From: Felis catus | Taxonomy: Eukaryota | NCBI RefSeq assembly: GCF_018350175.1 | Contig: NC_058368.1 | Coordinates: forward strand, 125,490,001-125,554,000 | Length of the DNA: 64,000 bases | Direction: 5' to 3' | In this document: positions 1 to 12,290 of the stretch, piece by piece | Numbering within the stretch: position 1 is the stretch's first letter | Layout: every line of letters starts with the position of its first letter | Made by a program: the position numbers and the translations under genes | Notes under the pieces: model-generated | Told to the model about the DNA's origin: nothing | What the model saw: only the letters and a program-made list of their open reading frames with translations | Databases searched by the model: none

Positions 1-390
1 CCCTCTATTATCTGGCTCTGACCTAATTCCCTAGCCTGATATTTACCATCCTCTCCTCCCCCATCCATGAACCTTATGCTCCAGTCTCCTGGACTAATTG
101 CTATTCCCTTTCCTTGGACCTGCTGGCATTGCTGACTCTACTGGGAATGTCCTCCCCAGTTTCTCTGTCTTATTCTCTTCCATCCAGATGCTCACCACTT
201 TCCCCAGAAGGAATTGATTTCTTCAATTTCTCAAGTGCCATAGCATTTAGCTTATATCTCTTTTGTAGTTCTTATCCCTTTCTGTTTTGTCTTATTTTTG
301 TATGTGATTATCTCCCTTACTATACTCTCTAAATCTTGTTTGCATTTTATTTCTAATAGTGCCTATAACAGGGTCTTGCAACTTTAGTTG
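1..390 (+). mobile_element. L2 LINE 3' fragment (old)
   Basis: Pyrimidine-rich L2-like motifs (ctccagtctcctggact, ctgggaatgtcctcccc, tgcctataacagggtcttgca). Boundaries approximate. Confidence 0.55.
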
Positions 391-684
391 TTTAATCGTT
401 GACTATTGAGCTATACATCCAATGTTTATTTTTAAACAAATACTTGACTGATCGGGCTATGTTAACATTCCAACAAGTTCTAACAGATCCAATACTAACT
501 AAATTTGCCAGCCTCTCCAAAGTGCTTTGTTTTAATATCAGTAGCCTCAACATTTTCAAAATCATTCAGTTTTCTAATTTGTTATTTTTGACTTAGCCAT
601 TTTATTATTATTTTTTTTAATAGACAATATGGTATAGTATCAATTGAATATATTTTTAGGTGATTTCTTTTTTCTCATTTCTGC

Positions 685-880
685 CCCCATTTTCTTGAAA
701 AAGTAGGAAGATCATGCAACACTGCATCTCATTCCCAAACAACAACTGAGTAGCAGCTCCTTCTCTTGGAAGGGGTGTGAGTTCTCCATTCCTTGTTGGT
801 CCCCCACAGCCCTGTAACCCTGCTTCTACCCTACACCATTGGTGCTTCTTGTAGGCATGACCATTTAATGTGTTGTGAGA
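685..880. mobile_element. MER102-like hAT-Charlie fragment
   Basis: tcttgaaaaagtaggaagatcatgcaacactg...ctgagtagcagctcc...gtcccccacagccc resembles the recalled MER102 consensus. Confidence 0.5.
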
Positions 881-1077
881 AACCTAAGTTCAGGCCTTGG
901 TCACTCATGATTAGCCAAATTCCACAAGTACTTTGCTGACCACCTCTTCCAGTTGTAAACCCTTCTGAAGCCCATTGCCAGCAATCTCTTAAATCATGTT
1001 CCCTGAAGTTTCTTCTAGGCTACAAATCTACTACCACATAAAATCTAAGCCTCTCTGTCTTCCTCTATCCTATAAAA

Positions 1078-1310
1078 TGTAGTAGTTAAGAACACAGTTC
1101 TAGAATCTGGCAGAGTTAGGCTTGTACCCCCACTTGCTAGGTCTAGAACCTGGGGCATTTCAGAACTTCTGAAAGCCTCAGATTCTTCCTGTCTAAGCTG
1201 CACATAATTGTGTCTACCTCATAAAGTTGTCTGGGGTTGGCATGAGATGATGCCTATAAAGTATGTAGCAGATTGCATGGTAAGTGTAGGAGTCAATTAA
1301 TATTTGTGAC
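1078..1310 (+). mobile_element. MIR SINE
   Basis: tgtagtagttaagaacacag 5' part, gcctcagattcttcctgtct core, ctacctcataaagttgt and 3' part. Confidence 0.65.
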
Positions 1311-2399
1311 AATCATTGCATTTGCCATGACTTTCCAGGATGCCTGCTCAGCTCTGGTCAGTATCCCTGGCAAGGATCCTAATAGGGATTAACCAAGCAC
1401 TGTGTATGGAGTAGGTGTCTAAGTTTACTACTAAGAAAAGGAAAGTTAAAGATGTCTAAAGGGAGGTGGACAATTGGTGAAAGACCCTGAAGCCAATATT
1501 GAATGGTTTGAATTTGGTAAGCTAGGTACGGGTTGATCATCCTCCTGTCAGGAGTGGCTACTCTCTGAGTGGAGATGGAAGTTAAATTATTTTTCAAGAT
1601 TTACTGGTTTAGACAGTGTATAAGCATGGAAAAGATAAGGCAAGAGTGTCTCTTGCTGAGCTATGCAGTGCTTTCTTCCTGCTGGGGTTTGGAGGTACAG
1701 GAGGTTCTTTTGGACCCCATGTGGACTTGATGCCCAGTGGAGTGGTGTGGCAGAGCTGAGCATGGTCTCTTGAAGAGGGTAGGGAGGATTATGGCAGCCC
1801 ATGTGGGCCTCACATAAGTGACCCCGACATCTGAACTATGTTCTTCTGCGTAATCAGTAATTATTATTGGCAGAAAGTAGATACCTATAACTGATCTGTG
1901 GGCCATTATACATCAGAAAAGGTTGTTGGCATTGTTTTGAAGCCCTAAATTCTAGCCACTTCTTATTCACTCTGGAGTCATTTCCCTGTCCAGCAAGGCC
2001 ACTTCATTTACTGTACAATTTTGTTTCAGTTAGAGCGCCAGCATTTGTCTGTGTAGGTAGCGTTTTAAACACTTACCGAGTATTTTCTAATTTGTGTCTA
2101 AGAGCTTAAACATAATATATGAGAATACAGAAGTTCACAGTTCTGTGGGAGTGATGGTTTGGACATCAGCAGAGATCACATATTTAAAAAATATAAGTGT
2201 ACTTCCATTATATTCTTCAGATTTTGTATTGAATTGGCTTATTATTTGTCAAGACTAGAACGTACAATGGCACTGCAGAATCTTGTGTGATATACAGAAA
2301 AAACCTGCAATAATATCAAATAGGAGTAATATTTCATCCTGTTAATGGGCTTCCATAATCATGGAAGTAGCATGGAAAAGAAGAGGGAACACTGGACCT

Positions 2400-2745
2400 C
2401 TCCCAGGGCTCTGAATGGTTTCAGATATTTCACTAACCTCCCAGGTGGCTTTGGGCAAGCCACTTAGATGCTAGGACTTCAGTTTCCTCGTCCATAAATA
2501 TTTTTTTAAATGTTTATTTATTTTTGAGAGAGAGAGAGAGCAAGCGAATGAGTTGGGGAGGCATAGAGAGAGAGAAGGAGACAGAACCTGAAGCAGGCTT
2601 CAGGCTCTGAGTTGTCTGCACGGAGCCCTATGCAGGGCTAGAAGTTTCGAGATGTGAGATCATGACCTGAGCCAAAGTCAGAAACTTAACTGACTGAGCC
2701 ACCCAGGTGCCCCAAGTTTCCTCCTCTATAAAATGAAGTGAGGAG
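2400..2745 (+). mobile_element. MIR fragment split by a Can-SINE
   Basis: ttgggcaagccactta...cttcagtttcctc core, resuming after the SINE as tataaaatgaag. Confidence 0.55.
2499..2713 (-). mobile_element. Can-SINE (SINEC_Fc family)
   Basis: Reverse-strand ggggcacctgggtggctcagtc head, (CT)n and A-tail; degenerate TSD agtttcctc(g/c)tc(c/t)ataaa. Confidence 0.95.
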
Positions 2746-3136
2746 ATTTCTTGTTAATTCTGGCAGATTAAACATATATGTTTGTCTACATTTTCTCTCC
2801 AAACACCACTAAACTTTGTAGTAAGGAAATAAAAATTCAATAAAAACAAGGACAAAGAGAGCAGGAGAGGACATCAGAGCAATAACATTTTGAAAGCAGG
2901 AAAAATGTGAATGAGTAGGAACTAAGCTCATTTGTGGAAGCAGAAACCTCAACTGGGAGCTGGGGAGGCCCAGAAGCAATAATGATCTTACTGCAGAGCT
3001 CCTGAAAGGCTCAGTAATCTGAGACTTCAGGTTCTTCTAAAACTGGGCGTGCATTAGGGGCAGAAATAGGAATATTGGCTACAAATATGGTTGAGAGCAG
3101 ATTTATCAAAGATACCCTTCCTGCCCTTTCCTATAT

Positions 3137-3722
3137 CTCTGGGGCTTCAGCTAGGAAAGCTGAGCTGACTCATTTCTGGTCCAGATGGTCTTTCATTTTC
3201 CAACAGGCTAAGCCCAGGATTTTTTTTTTTAATTTTTTAAATGTTTGTTTATTTTTGACAGAGAGAGAAGGGGGGGGGAGACAGAGCATGAGCGGGGGAG
3301 GGGCAGAGAGAGAGGGCGACACAGAATCCGAAGCAGGTTCTAGGCTCTCAGCTGTTAGCACAGAGCCCGACGTGGGGCTTGAACTCACAAACCGTGAGAT
3401 CATGACCTTAGCGGAAGTCCGACGCTCAACCAACTGAGCCACCCAGGCACCCCTAAGCCCAGGCTTTTTACTGGGGCTGGGCAGGGTTCCAAGAGTGAGT
3501 GGAAACATGGAAGGACTGTTGAGGCCTAGACTTGGAAATGACACAGTGTCTCTTCCATGCATTCAATAGGGCGAATCAAATTGCAAATCTAGCTCATTCA
3601 AGGGGAAGGGAGACAGGTCCTCCCTCTTGATGGACAGAGCTACAAAGTCACATTTGTTGCAAAGGGTGTGTGGATTCAGAGAGAGGAAAAGTTGTGGCCA
3701 GCTTTGCAAACAGTCTGCCATA
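3137..3722 (-). mobile_element. MLT1 (MaLR) LTR
   Basis: attcaaggggaagggagacagg...cctcttgatggacagagctacaaagtcacatt...gtggccagctttgcaaacagtctgccat, typical of MLT1F/G/H reverse strand. Confidence 0.7.
3220..3453 (-). mobile_element. Can-SINE inside the MLT1 LTR
   Basis: Full SINE; TSD taagcccagg at 3209-3218 and 3454-3463. Confidence 0.97.
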
Positions 3723-5060
3723 AGAAAGAAAAAAACCCACAGCCTTTAAACTTGCTTCCTCAAAAATAAAAGGTCACATGCAAAAAAGAAAAAAAGTACT
3801 GGGGCAGAAAACTCAAAGCTTACACAAAGCATTAATAAAACAGTAACTGTGGAGGTAGGCAGCTCACTGAGACTGGGGCCTGTGATGGCTGGTAATAAGT
3901 CAGAGAAATAGTTGAGTAGAACTGTTGGTAACACATGAGAGAAGCGCTGCTAGGAAGGGACACAGTGTGGATAAAAGTGGTGTTCTAAGTCAGTGTGGTT
4001 GCTCTTAAGGTGCCATAGGGGCAGCCCAACCTGCTAGAATTCAAAAGGAACAGGTGTCTGTTTTTAAATTTTCAAAATGTAGGAAAAAGGTTCTTGTTGC
4101 AAGTGCTGCAAGTGATTGAAAACTTTTTCTGCTGAAATTTGTAATTCTAGTCTACATTCTGTTCTCTTCTGCTTAGGAAATATTGCATGTAAGTTAAGGT
4201 AATATCTACATTATTCTGACACATATTTTCTATTGACCAAGTGCATATGAGCTAATTTGTGTTGTAAAACCACACCTTGTGTGGAACAGATTCCATTGAA
4301 GGATTGAGTAAAAGTACACAGTGCAGAGAAAGATGCTCAGGTTCCTTTCCCAACGTGACTTCAAAAACAAGCCTCCAGCCAGGCTTGTGCCCCCTAGGCA
4401 AGAGAGTGGAGGGCAAAATGAGCCCAGTAGGAAAGATCTACAGATATTGTCAGTTAGGGATCTTTGAAATCATCTCACAATGAAGTCTATTACTTCAAGC
4501 ACATAGAGCTTTCAGTCTGCTCTTTATTGCCTTTCTCTTAAAGTGTGAGTGATGTCCAAGAATACCAGCCCTCTGATGAAAGCTTCTGATATGAAAGATG
4601 GACCCCAAAGAGACAATAGGAACAAAAGGAACATGAAGGAAGCTGAGAAAATGCAAGAATTAGAAGAAAAGAAAAGCCTTAAAAAAGTAAAACTACAAGT
4701 AGTATCTTCAGAGAGATACAAGATGACATTGCATCTATAAATCAAGAACAGAATGACATAAAAAGAAATATTCAGAGAACCAAAAAGAGCTCTTAGAACT
4801 TACAAACAAGATTACACAAATAAAGATGTCAGTAAATGGCTGGAAGATAAAGTTGAGGAAAGCTCCCAGAAAGACTAACAAAACTATAAAGAGGCAGAAA
4901 AATAAGAGAAAATATTTTTTTTTCAAAAGGGATTTATTCTGGAAGGTGTAATACCTAACTAATAAAAATTACAGAAAGAAAAAAAAGGAAACAGAAAGAG
5001 GGATATTATAAAAGAAGTGAAATAAGAGAGATTTCTAGAACTGAAAGATGCAAACTTTTA

Positions 5061-5283
5061 TTTTTTATTTATTTATTTTTTCAATGTTTATTTATTTTTG
5101 GGACAGAGAGAGACAGAGCATGAACGGGGGAGGGGCAGAGAGAGAGGGAGACACAGAATCAGAAACAGGCTCCAGGCTCTGAGCCATCAGCCCAGAGCCT
5201 GACGCGGGGCTCGAACTCACGGACCGCGAGATCGTGACCTGGCTGAAGTCGGACGCTTAACGACTGCGCCACCCAGGCGCCCC
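5061..5283 (-). mobile_element. Young Can-SINE (SINEC_Fc)
   Basis: CpG-rich near-consensus copy; perfect 15-bp TSD agatgcaaactttta (5046-5060, 5284-5298). Confidence 0.98.
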
Positions 5284-6114
5284 AGATGCAAACTTTTAGA
5301 TTGAACTGTTATACTTACAAATAAATGGAAGAACCCTGTCAGAACCACGTTATTGTGAGATTTTAGAAAATTGGCATAGAGCAAAGTCCCGAAAGCTTGA
5401 GTGGAAAAAAAACCCAACAGATTGTGAAGAAATGACAATCAGTGTCCTTAGTTTTCTCAAAGGCAAAGTGGGGAATTCTGAGGGAAGATGCTATCCAAGC
5501 TAGAGTTTTATACCCAGAATTCCCACAGTTAATAAGTAGGAGCAATAAAAGCCTTCTTTGATATGTGAGACCTCAAAATTTTCTCCCACTGAGTGACCTC
5601 TTCTTTGTTAATCCTAGCATATATGTTCAAAGAAAACCAGAAGATAGGCCAGGAGAGAAGAAAACATGGAATCCAGAAAATAAGAAACCCAACTCAGGAG
5701 ATAAGCCCAAGAAATCTTCAGGATGATGGCGAAGGGAGATTGAATTACTGTAGGTGTAAAATAAGCTTCGAGAGCAACACATCCAGAAAGAACCAGAGCA
5801 AACAAGACTCCAGAAAGATGTTACAAAGGGAAGGATGAAGCTGGTAGGATTTCTGATATGCTTGAATGCACTGAGAATAGATGTATTCCTTTGATAGTGA
5901 CTTTGGGAATGGATACATAGACTATTAATTGGACAAAGAAAAGAAACTGTAACTAACCCTAACGTTGTATATCTGTGGATGTATGTGAATGATAGTGAAA
6001 TGGTCATAGTACTGTAAATACTGAATAATGATTCCATAATAATTAATGATATAATTATACAAGAGAATTGGAATAAGGAAATTACATGAGTGCATGGAGG
6101 TATCAAGAGTGCTA

Positions 6115-6839
6115 GATATCACCTCACACCAGTCACAGTGGCCAAAATGAACAAATCAGGAGACTATAGATGCTGGAGAGGATGTGGAGAAACGGAAACC
6201 CTTTTGCACTGTTGGTGGCAATGCAAACTGGTGCAGCCACTCGGGAAAACAGTGTGGAGGTTCCTCAAAAAATTAAAAATAGACCTACCCTATGACCCAG
6301 CAATAGCACTGCTAGGAATTCACCCAAGGGATATAGGAGTACTGATGCATAGGGGCCCATGTACCCCAATGTTTATAGCAGCACTTTCAACAATAGCCAA
6401 ATTATGGAAAGAGCCAAAATGTCCATCAACTGATGAATGGATAAAGAAATTGTGGTTTATATACACAGTGGAGTACTACGTGGCAATGAGAAAGAATGAA
6501 ATATGGCCCTTTGTAGCAACATGGATGGAACTGGAGAGTGTGATGCTAAGTGAAATAAACCATACAGAGAAAGACAGATACCATATGTTTTCACTGTTAT
6601 GTGGATCCTGAGAAACTTAACTGAAACCCATGGGGGAGGGGAAGGGAAAAAAAAGAGGTTAGAGTGGGAGAGAGCCAAAGCATAAGAGAATCTTAAAATC
6701 TGAGAACAAACTGAGGGTTGATGGGGGGTGGGAGGGAGGGGAGGGTGGGTGATGGGTATTGAAGAGGGCACCTTTTGGGATGAGCATTGGGTGTTGTATG
6801 GAAACCAATCTGACAATAAATTTCATATATTGAAAAAAA
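6115..6839 (+). mobile_element. 5'-truncated feline L1 (ORF2 C-terminus and 3' UTR)
   Basis: Open frame RYHLTPV...[18 protein letters not shown] (CCHC knuckle)...MFSLLCGS-stop; G-rich 3' UTR, AATAAA, A-tail; TSD aagagtgcta (6105-6114, 6840-6849). Confidence 0.97.
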
Positions 6840-7950
6840 AAGAGTGCTAAATCTTCCTCCTCTGGAATAAGAGGACACAGATAGTATCTAAATCTAGAAC
6901 ATCAAGACATAGCAAGAAATAGCTATATAAATGTGTTATTTAAAAGCAAAAAGACAAAAACCAAACACACAGCTAAAAGAATTCATATTGGTTGCCTCTA
7001 AGGAGAAGAAATTTGTGGTAGAATGAGATGAGGCTGGGAAATCTATTTTTTAAAATTATAAGCTTTTCAGAACTAAGTGGCTTTAAAAATACGCATATAT
7101 AACTTTGATAAAAATCAAAAGATTAAAATATATTGCACCCTCATTAAAGCAGAAAAACCTTCTAATCTCACCATCCAGGGATAATCATTATTACTATAAA
7201 TATACAAAATATATCCAATTTTGTATGTCATGTTCCTCACACAGAGGATGTTCCAGTTTCAAATTATGCTACTTATCAAATCATGTTTCCTTTTTTTGGG
7301 AGGGAGGATAGTTTAGAATATTTAATCTCTGAAGCAATAAGCATCCATGTCCATGGAGACATGTCGTCACCTTCAGGAAAATTGACTCTGATGTACACGT
7401 TGCTTCAATTCAGTTTTATTGTACTTGACAATAACAATGACATCTTAACATATGCATAGTATCCTTGAAGAGTTTTCTTTGCCTTATCTCACTTGATTTT
7501 CATAATAAGTTTTTGAGATGAGTAAATAGATGATATTCTGTGTGCAACTCAAATATATTAATATTTAATGTAACATAAATATTAATAACAGTATCTACCC
7601 TAAATAACACCTTGCATTTATTTAAGAAAGGGTTTCTCATGTAATTTTATTGCATCAGGTTGTTTGTTTAGGAGAACTGTGCTGTAGAAAATGCATGGAA
7701 ATGCTGGAACTCTAATGGAAATTTTGTGTCTTATCCATCTCTGTCCATCCATGTATCGATCCCTCCACCCATCCATGTGTGGTCTGTGGGCTGAAAAAGA
7801 GGTGACACAGATCGCAGATAATTCTTACTTTTGGCCAATTATGCAATCATGCCTTGGTTATAATATGAGTTTCTCTCCTCTTGCCTTAATGGTAGGTTCC
7901 CTTAAGGCTTTTTCCTTTGACTAGAATAAGCTCAGAACTGTTGTATTTGT

Positions 7951-8117
7951 GGGGTGCCTGGGTGGCTCAGTCATTTGAGTGACTGATTTAGGCTCAGGTC
8001 ACCATCTCGCGGTTCGTGGGTTCAGATTCTGTCTCCCTTTCTCTCTTCCCCTTACCCACTTGTGTTCTCTCTCTCTCTCAAAAATAAATAAACATTAAAA
8101 AATATTTACATAAAAAA
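7951..8117 (+). mobile_element. Can-SINE with internal deletion
   Basis: ggggtgcctgggtggctcag head joins directly to gattctgtctccc; TSD agaactgttgtatttg (7934-7949, 8118-8133). Confidence 0.93.
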
Positions 8118-8678
8118 AGAACTGTTGTATTTGCTGGACCCCAGTAAAATTAGAAAGGGGAGGTGAGTAGGGCTGTTACACCGAAACAATCAGAAGGAAG
8201 AGCCATCTAATTTCATGCAACTACCCTGAATTATGAGCTAGTCTAGGATTTACAGGATAGGGTGGGTCAGGATAAAATGTCCTAATCTTAAAAAAAAATA
8301 CAGAAAAAAAAAGAAAAAAGCTAATCACTTTGTCTAAAACCCAGAATTAGAGTTCACAACCTATTCAAAAGGCATGTGGTGAAGATCACAATGGGTTTTC
8401 TCATTGTTTTAAGATGTTTAGGAATCCTTATGGTGAAAGAATTGGAAGCTTTCTACCTCTGGCACGTGAAAATCAGACAAGGTTCAGCCCATCCAGTCAT
8501 GGTAAATCTTGTGTCAGACCACAGGAAGGAAAGAGAGGGGAGCATATACTTCTCAGTATACTGTACTCCTCCAGCCCTAGGTCCTTCTCCAGAAACTACA
8601 GGGAAGGTGGTGCAAATTTTCTTTCCATTCTTCTCAAAGCTCCTTAAGAAGTCCTTTCAGTACTGTCATCTTTATGGA

Positions 8679-8680
<2 letters not shown>

Positions 8681-8731
<51 letters not shown>

Positions 8732-8736
8732 TGTGT
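8681..8736. repeat. (GT)n microsatellite
   Basis: (GT)23 at 8681-8726 plus an interrupted extension. Confidence 0.99.
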
Positions 8737-9312
8737 AGGGGTAACAATGTGGTTAGCTGGAAAAAGACTTCTGTTCACACTCTGGTTCTTAATTTTCATT
8801 TAATTAGAGCTGATTTAATTTTTAAATTTCAGAATTTTTTTCTTTAAAAGCAAAGGAATTCCCTTGATTTCTAATATGCTGAGAACTTGTCATTATCTCG
8901 CTATGATCCAAAGTGAAAGGGTGAGTAGAAAGACTGGTCCTACCAGAGTGTTCTGGGTCATTGATTGACTCTTGGCTTTTCACTCCAATTGACTATTAGA
9001 ATAAAAACAGCTACCAAGCACCTGTCATCCTTATCAGAAACTTGGACTTTCCATTTCTTACCACAAACATGAAATAGAGAAAACAAATTAATTGAAGGCA
9101 CTGTAGACTATGAGTCATGTATATATTTTTAAAATGTTGTAAGCAACAACAACAAAAAAGTTTCCAACAGTTTTTTGCCATCAAACCCCAAATATATATT
9201 TTTTTCAATGTTAGAAGCGTGGGAAACAAGTGCATTTTATGCCGCTCACCTGGTAACTTGTGTCATTGGAGCTAGAAGGATGTTTTTTAGAATTCCATGT
9301 TTCATTTTTCAC

Positions 9313-9326
9313 CCCCTAGATGGCAG
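9313..9326 (+). promoter_or_regulatory. Candidate CTCF site
   Basis: CCCCTAGATGGCAG matches core CCASYAGRKGGCRS with one mismatch, in non-repetitive DNA. Confidence 0.4.
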
Positions 9327-9558
9327 CAACATTCTTCAGTGGATGATGACTAAATCTAGTACAGCAAATGTCTATTAAAGGGAGGAGCTGCAAGTCTCAC
9401 CTTTAGTCTTTGCCCCCAAATTCATGTAGTCCCTTTAAATTTACTGCTGTTTCTGTGGCTCCCTGACTTAGTGAGTCTACTACTTATAAATGAGAATAAA
9501 TGATTTTCTCTTTTGTATGGAAAAATAATGGTTTCTTATTTCCAGCTGCATTGTAGAC

Positions 9559-9778
9559 CAGGGTTTCTCAGCATAGGCATTGACATTTTGGGCTGGACAC
9601 TTCTTTGTTGTGGAGGCTGTACTGTATGTTAGAGATGTTTAGCACCATCTCTGGCCTTTACCTACGAGATATCAGTAGCCTCCCTATGTGGTATTCTCAT
9701 TTGTGACAACCAAAGATGTCCCCAGACATTGCCAAAAGTCCCGGGGAGAGCATAATTACTCCTGTTTGAGAACTATTG
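9559..9778. mobile_element. MER20 (hAT-Charlie MITE)
   Basis: Termini cagggtttctca / tgagaactattg; internal gtgacaaccaaagatgtccccagacattgccaaa. Confidence 0.88.
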
Positions 9779-10192
9779 AACTAGGTGGTTTTAAGTCTCT
9801 CTGAAGATTGTACCCTGCATTCCTACTCATTTCATTTTGTAGGGGTGGGTAAATTAAGTATCTGCTTATAACTTAAATATATTGTACTTTCTTGTTTCTT
9901 GGCCTAGAGAGTTTTCTGAAGAAGGAAAAAACAAAATAAGAAAGGCAGTTAGAGCTGTAAGTATAGATGTTATAAATCTTACCTCCAAAAGAAGATTGAT
10001 TTTATCAAATTATAGTTCCCTATTAATAATAGCCACAGATCCAAGATTCTGTTACTTTTTTTTCCTTTTTATTTTAACTAGCCTCATTGAATATGAATCA
10101 TGAAAAGGAGAAAAACCATAGGAGGCCATACTTACAAAAAAATTTTCAGTATGTTGAAAAGTATAAAGTGTGATAGAATCTCAAGTTGCAAT

Positions 10193-10386
10193 GGGGCACC
10201 TGGTGGCTCAGTCGGTTAAGTGTCCAACTTTGGCTCAGTTCATGATCTTTCAGTCTGTGAATTCGAGCCCTGCGTCAGGCTCTGTGCTGACCACTCAGAG
10301 CCTGGAGCCTGCTTCGGATTCAGTGTCTCCTTCTCTCTCTGCCCTTCCCCCGCATACGCTCTGTCTCTTTCCCCCCGAAAAAAAAA
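10193..10386 (+). mobile_element. Can-SINE
   Basis: ggggcacctggtggctcagtcggttaag head; agaatctcaag repeated at 10175-10185 and 10387-10397. Confidence 0.95.
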
Positions 10387-10560
10387 AGAATCTCAAGACT
10401 TTAGGAGTCACTTGGTCCAAATTCTGAGTGGGGTTCAGGGTTTGGCATGTTAACTGGGTGGAAGGAAAGGGCAGTATTATCATAGATTCCCAGGCCTCTG
10501 GCCTCTCTTAGGTGAGTAAGGTGAAGGCCAGCTTCCGAAAGAGAAAAATTTGGTTCTTTG

Positions 10561-10600
10561 CAAAACAAAACAAAACAAAACAAAACAAAACAAAACAAAA
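10561..10600. repeat. (CAAAA)8 microsatellite
   Basis: Read directly from the sequence. Confidence 0.98.
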
Positions 10601-12127
10601 AACAAAGCATAACACACAAAACAAAGCCAGGCCTCTCTCACATAGGTGTGTACTAAGTTCCTAGAAGAAGGTGGCTCTTGGACAGGTGGACACTGTTAGA
10701 GCAGGATCCCCTGAATCAGGCCCACCTGAGAGGGTGATGGGACCCAGGGATGATAACAAAACTCTACCTTATATTAAGCGGGAACTTCATTTTTCTTTTT
10801 GATCTAAACAGCACATTACATTCCAGTGAGTGAGTGGGATGAAGAAATGGATGTGAGACCAGAACCAAAATATGAACAAGTTTAATAGGTGGATTCCCCA
10901 CTCCCTCCCTCTTTGGAGTGCCTCCAGTTTTAGAGAAGGGAGCCAATTCTTCAGGCAAACATCCAAATCAGGCTTAGACATGTGTCCAGAGAACCCCATC
11001 AACAGGGAGGGAACCATGTTCCACCTTTAAAATAGCTGACATGATTTCCAAAACTGAAGGGATTTTTCTTCCTGGTGAATAAAGAGATAAAGGCTAGAAA
11101 TGAGGTTCATATGTAATCATCTGGGTCATCTGCATCTGAGCGTAAAATTGTTGTGAGGGAGTCATGAGAAGAAATACATGGTATTAAAGGGTTTAATATT
11201 GAGTGAAGCCTGGGGGAGGGATAGTATGGCAGGGCAGAGAGAAAGGCCAGTTCAAATTACAGGATGTGGCTGTTCTTTGAAGACACAGTCACATTTTGCT
11301 TGAATTTTTGTACACTGTTGGGTCAAGCTCTGTGAAGAACATCCATCCCATTTGGCAATGAGACATTTCATACCACCCTTTTCTCCCCTCATTAGTTGTG
11401 TTAGTCAAGGACTGATATGCAAACAGCAGCTGCACAGCACCAGAGAGAGGTCCCTTGGAAGCCTGGACCCCAGGGAGAGACACATCAGAGGAGGTCTCCC
11501 AGCAGTGACTTGACTTGGTGGCCTCTGTCCAAAATGTTTAGATTGTTTTGAGTAGCACTGCAATGATCTTTGCTCTGCAAAATATGGGTCACAAAGCAAC
11601 ATGGGTGCTCTGGGAGGCTGGGAGTGAGAGCAAGTGAAGGTCAGCAATGAACTGGGGCCAGGGCCAGGGGATAGAATTTGATTCCCTAATTCTTGTTCCA
11701 GAACTCCAGCAGCCTGACTTCACTGGGGCCAGACTGGTTCTGTTCATAGAGCTGTCAATTGATTTTTGGTCACTTATACAGCATTTGCTAACTGTTCATA
11801 ATTCCTGTGCAATTTTGCTCAGAACATAGGAAACAAAAGATGGCAAAAACAAGGGGCCCTTATGCTTTTTGTCTGCTGTCGTCAGTGGATCAAATTGGCT
11901 GGACAGAGTGCAAGCTTTCTCTTGGTACACTTGGTAGATTTTTTTTTTTTTTTAGTTGCATGAGCATTTTCAGTAAGAAAATGCATGTGGGCACCGGAAG
12001 TACAGAATGCCATGTGAAGTGTCTAAAATATAGCATGTATCTATCTGTTTTGGCAGGAAGAGAGAGTCAATAGATTAATAATTCAGTCAACAAATGTTTG
12101 AATAGATACAAATCAATTGTCATCATC

Positions 12128-12290
12128 ACTGCTGCTACTAGCCTACAGTGAGTTGCACAAATTAAAGAAAGGGGGCCCTCTAGGCAGAAAAAGCCCTCCA
12201 CCAGGTCACATGACTTCAGTCTTCATCGCCTCTCAGTTTGTGACCTTTGTGCAGCGTGTAAACTGTACAACTGTACGTGACTATACATTG
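12128..12290. mobile_element. MER91-like hAT-Tip100 MITE
   Basis: tacagtgagttgcacaa ... ttgtgcagcgtgtaaactgtacaactgtacgtg resemble MER91A subterminal repeats. Confidence 0.45.

Larger units (their letters stand above)
2745..7127 (+). mobile_element. HAL1 (half-L1, ORF1-only) element, near full length and multiply interrupted
   Basis: 5' region 2745-3130; decayed ORF1p-like coiled coil 4700-4880 (gagctcttagaacttacaaac...ctggaagataaagttgaggaa); QPRILYP-like caagctagagttttatacccag near 5496; HAL1-type post-ORF1 aaacatggaatccagaaa...caggatgatggcgaaggg; 3' end ataactttgataaaaatcaaaa near 7100. No ORF2 seen. Confidence 0.75.

Noticed and set aside
3075..3562. 120-aa and 130-aa overlapping ORFs, and similar MAQSV...SLEPASDSVSPSLS ORFs elsewhere
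   Set aside because: These frames run through Can-SINE sequence and recur in many copies.
4549..4926. Coiled-coil ORF1-like peptide as an L1TD1-like gene
   Set aside because: Many stops and frameshifts; it is part of the decayed HAL1.
6090..6611. 173-aa ORF as a host or chimeric gene
   Set aside because: It is the L1 ORF2 C-terminus. The listed start is a GTG in flanking HAL1 sequence, and there is no promoter or splice evidence.
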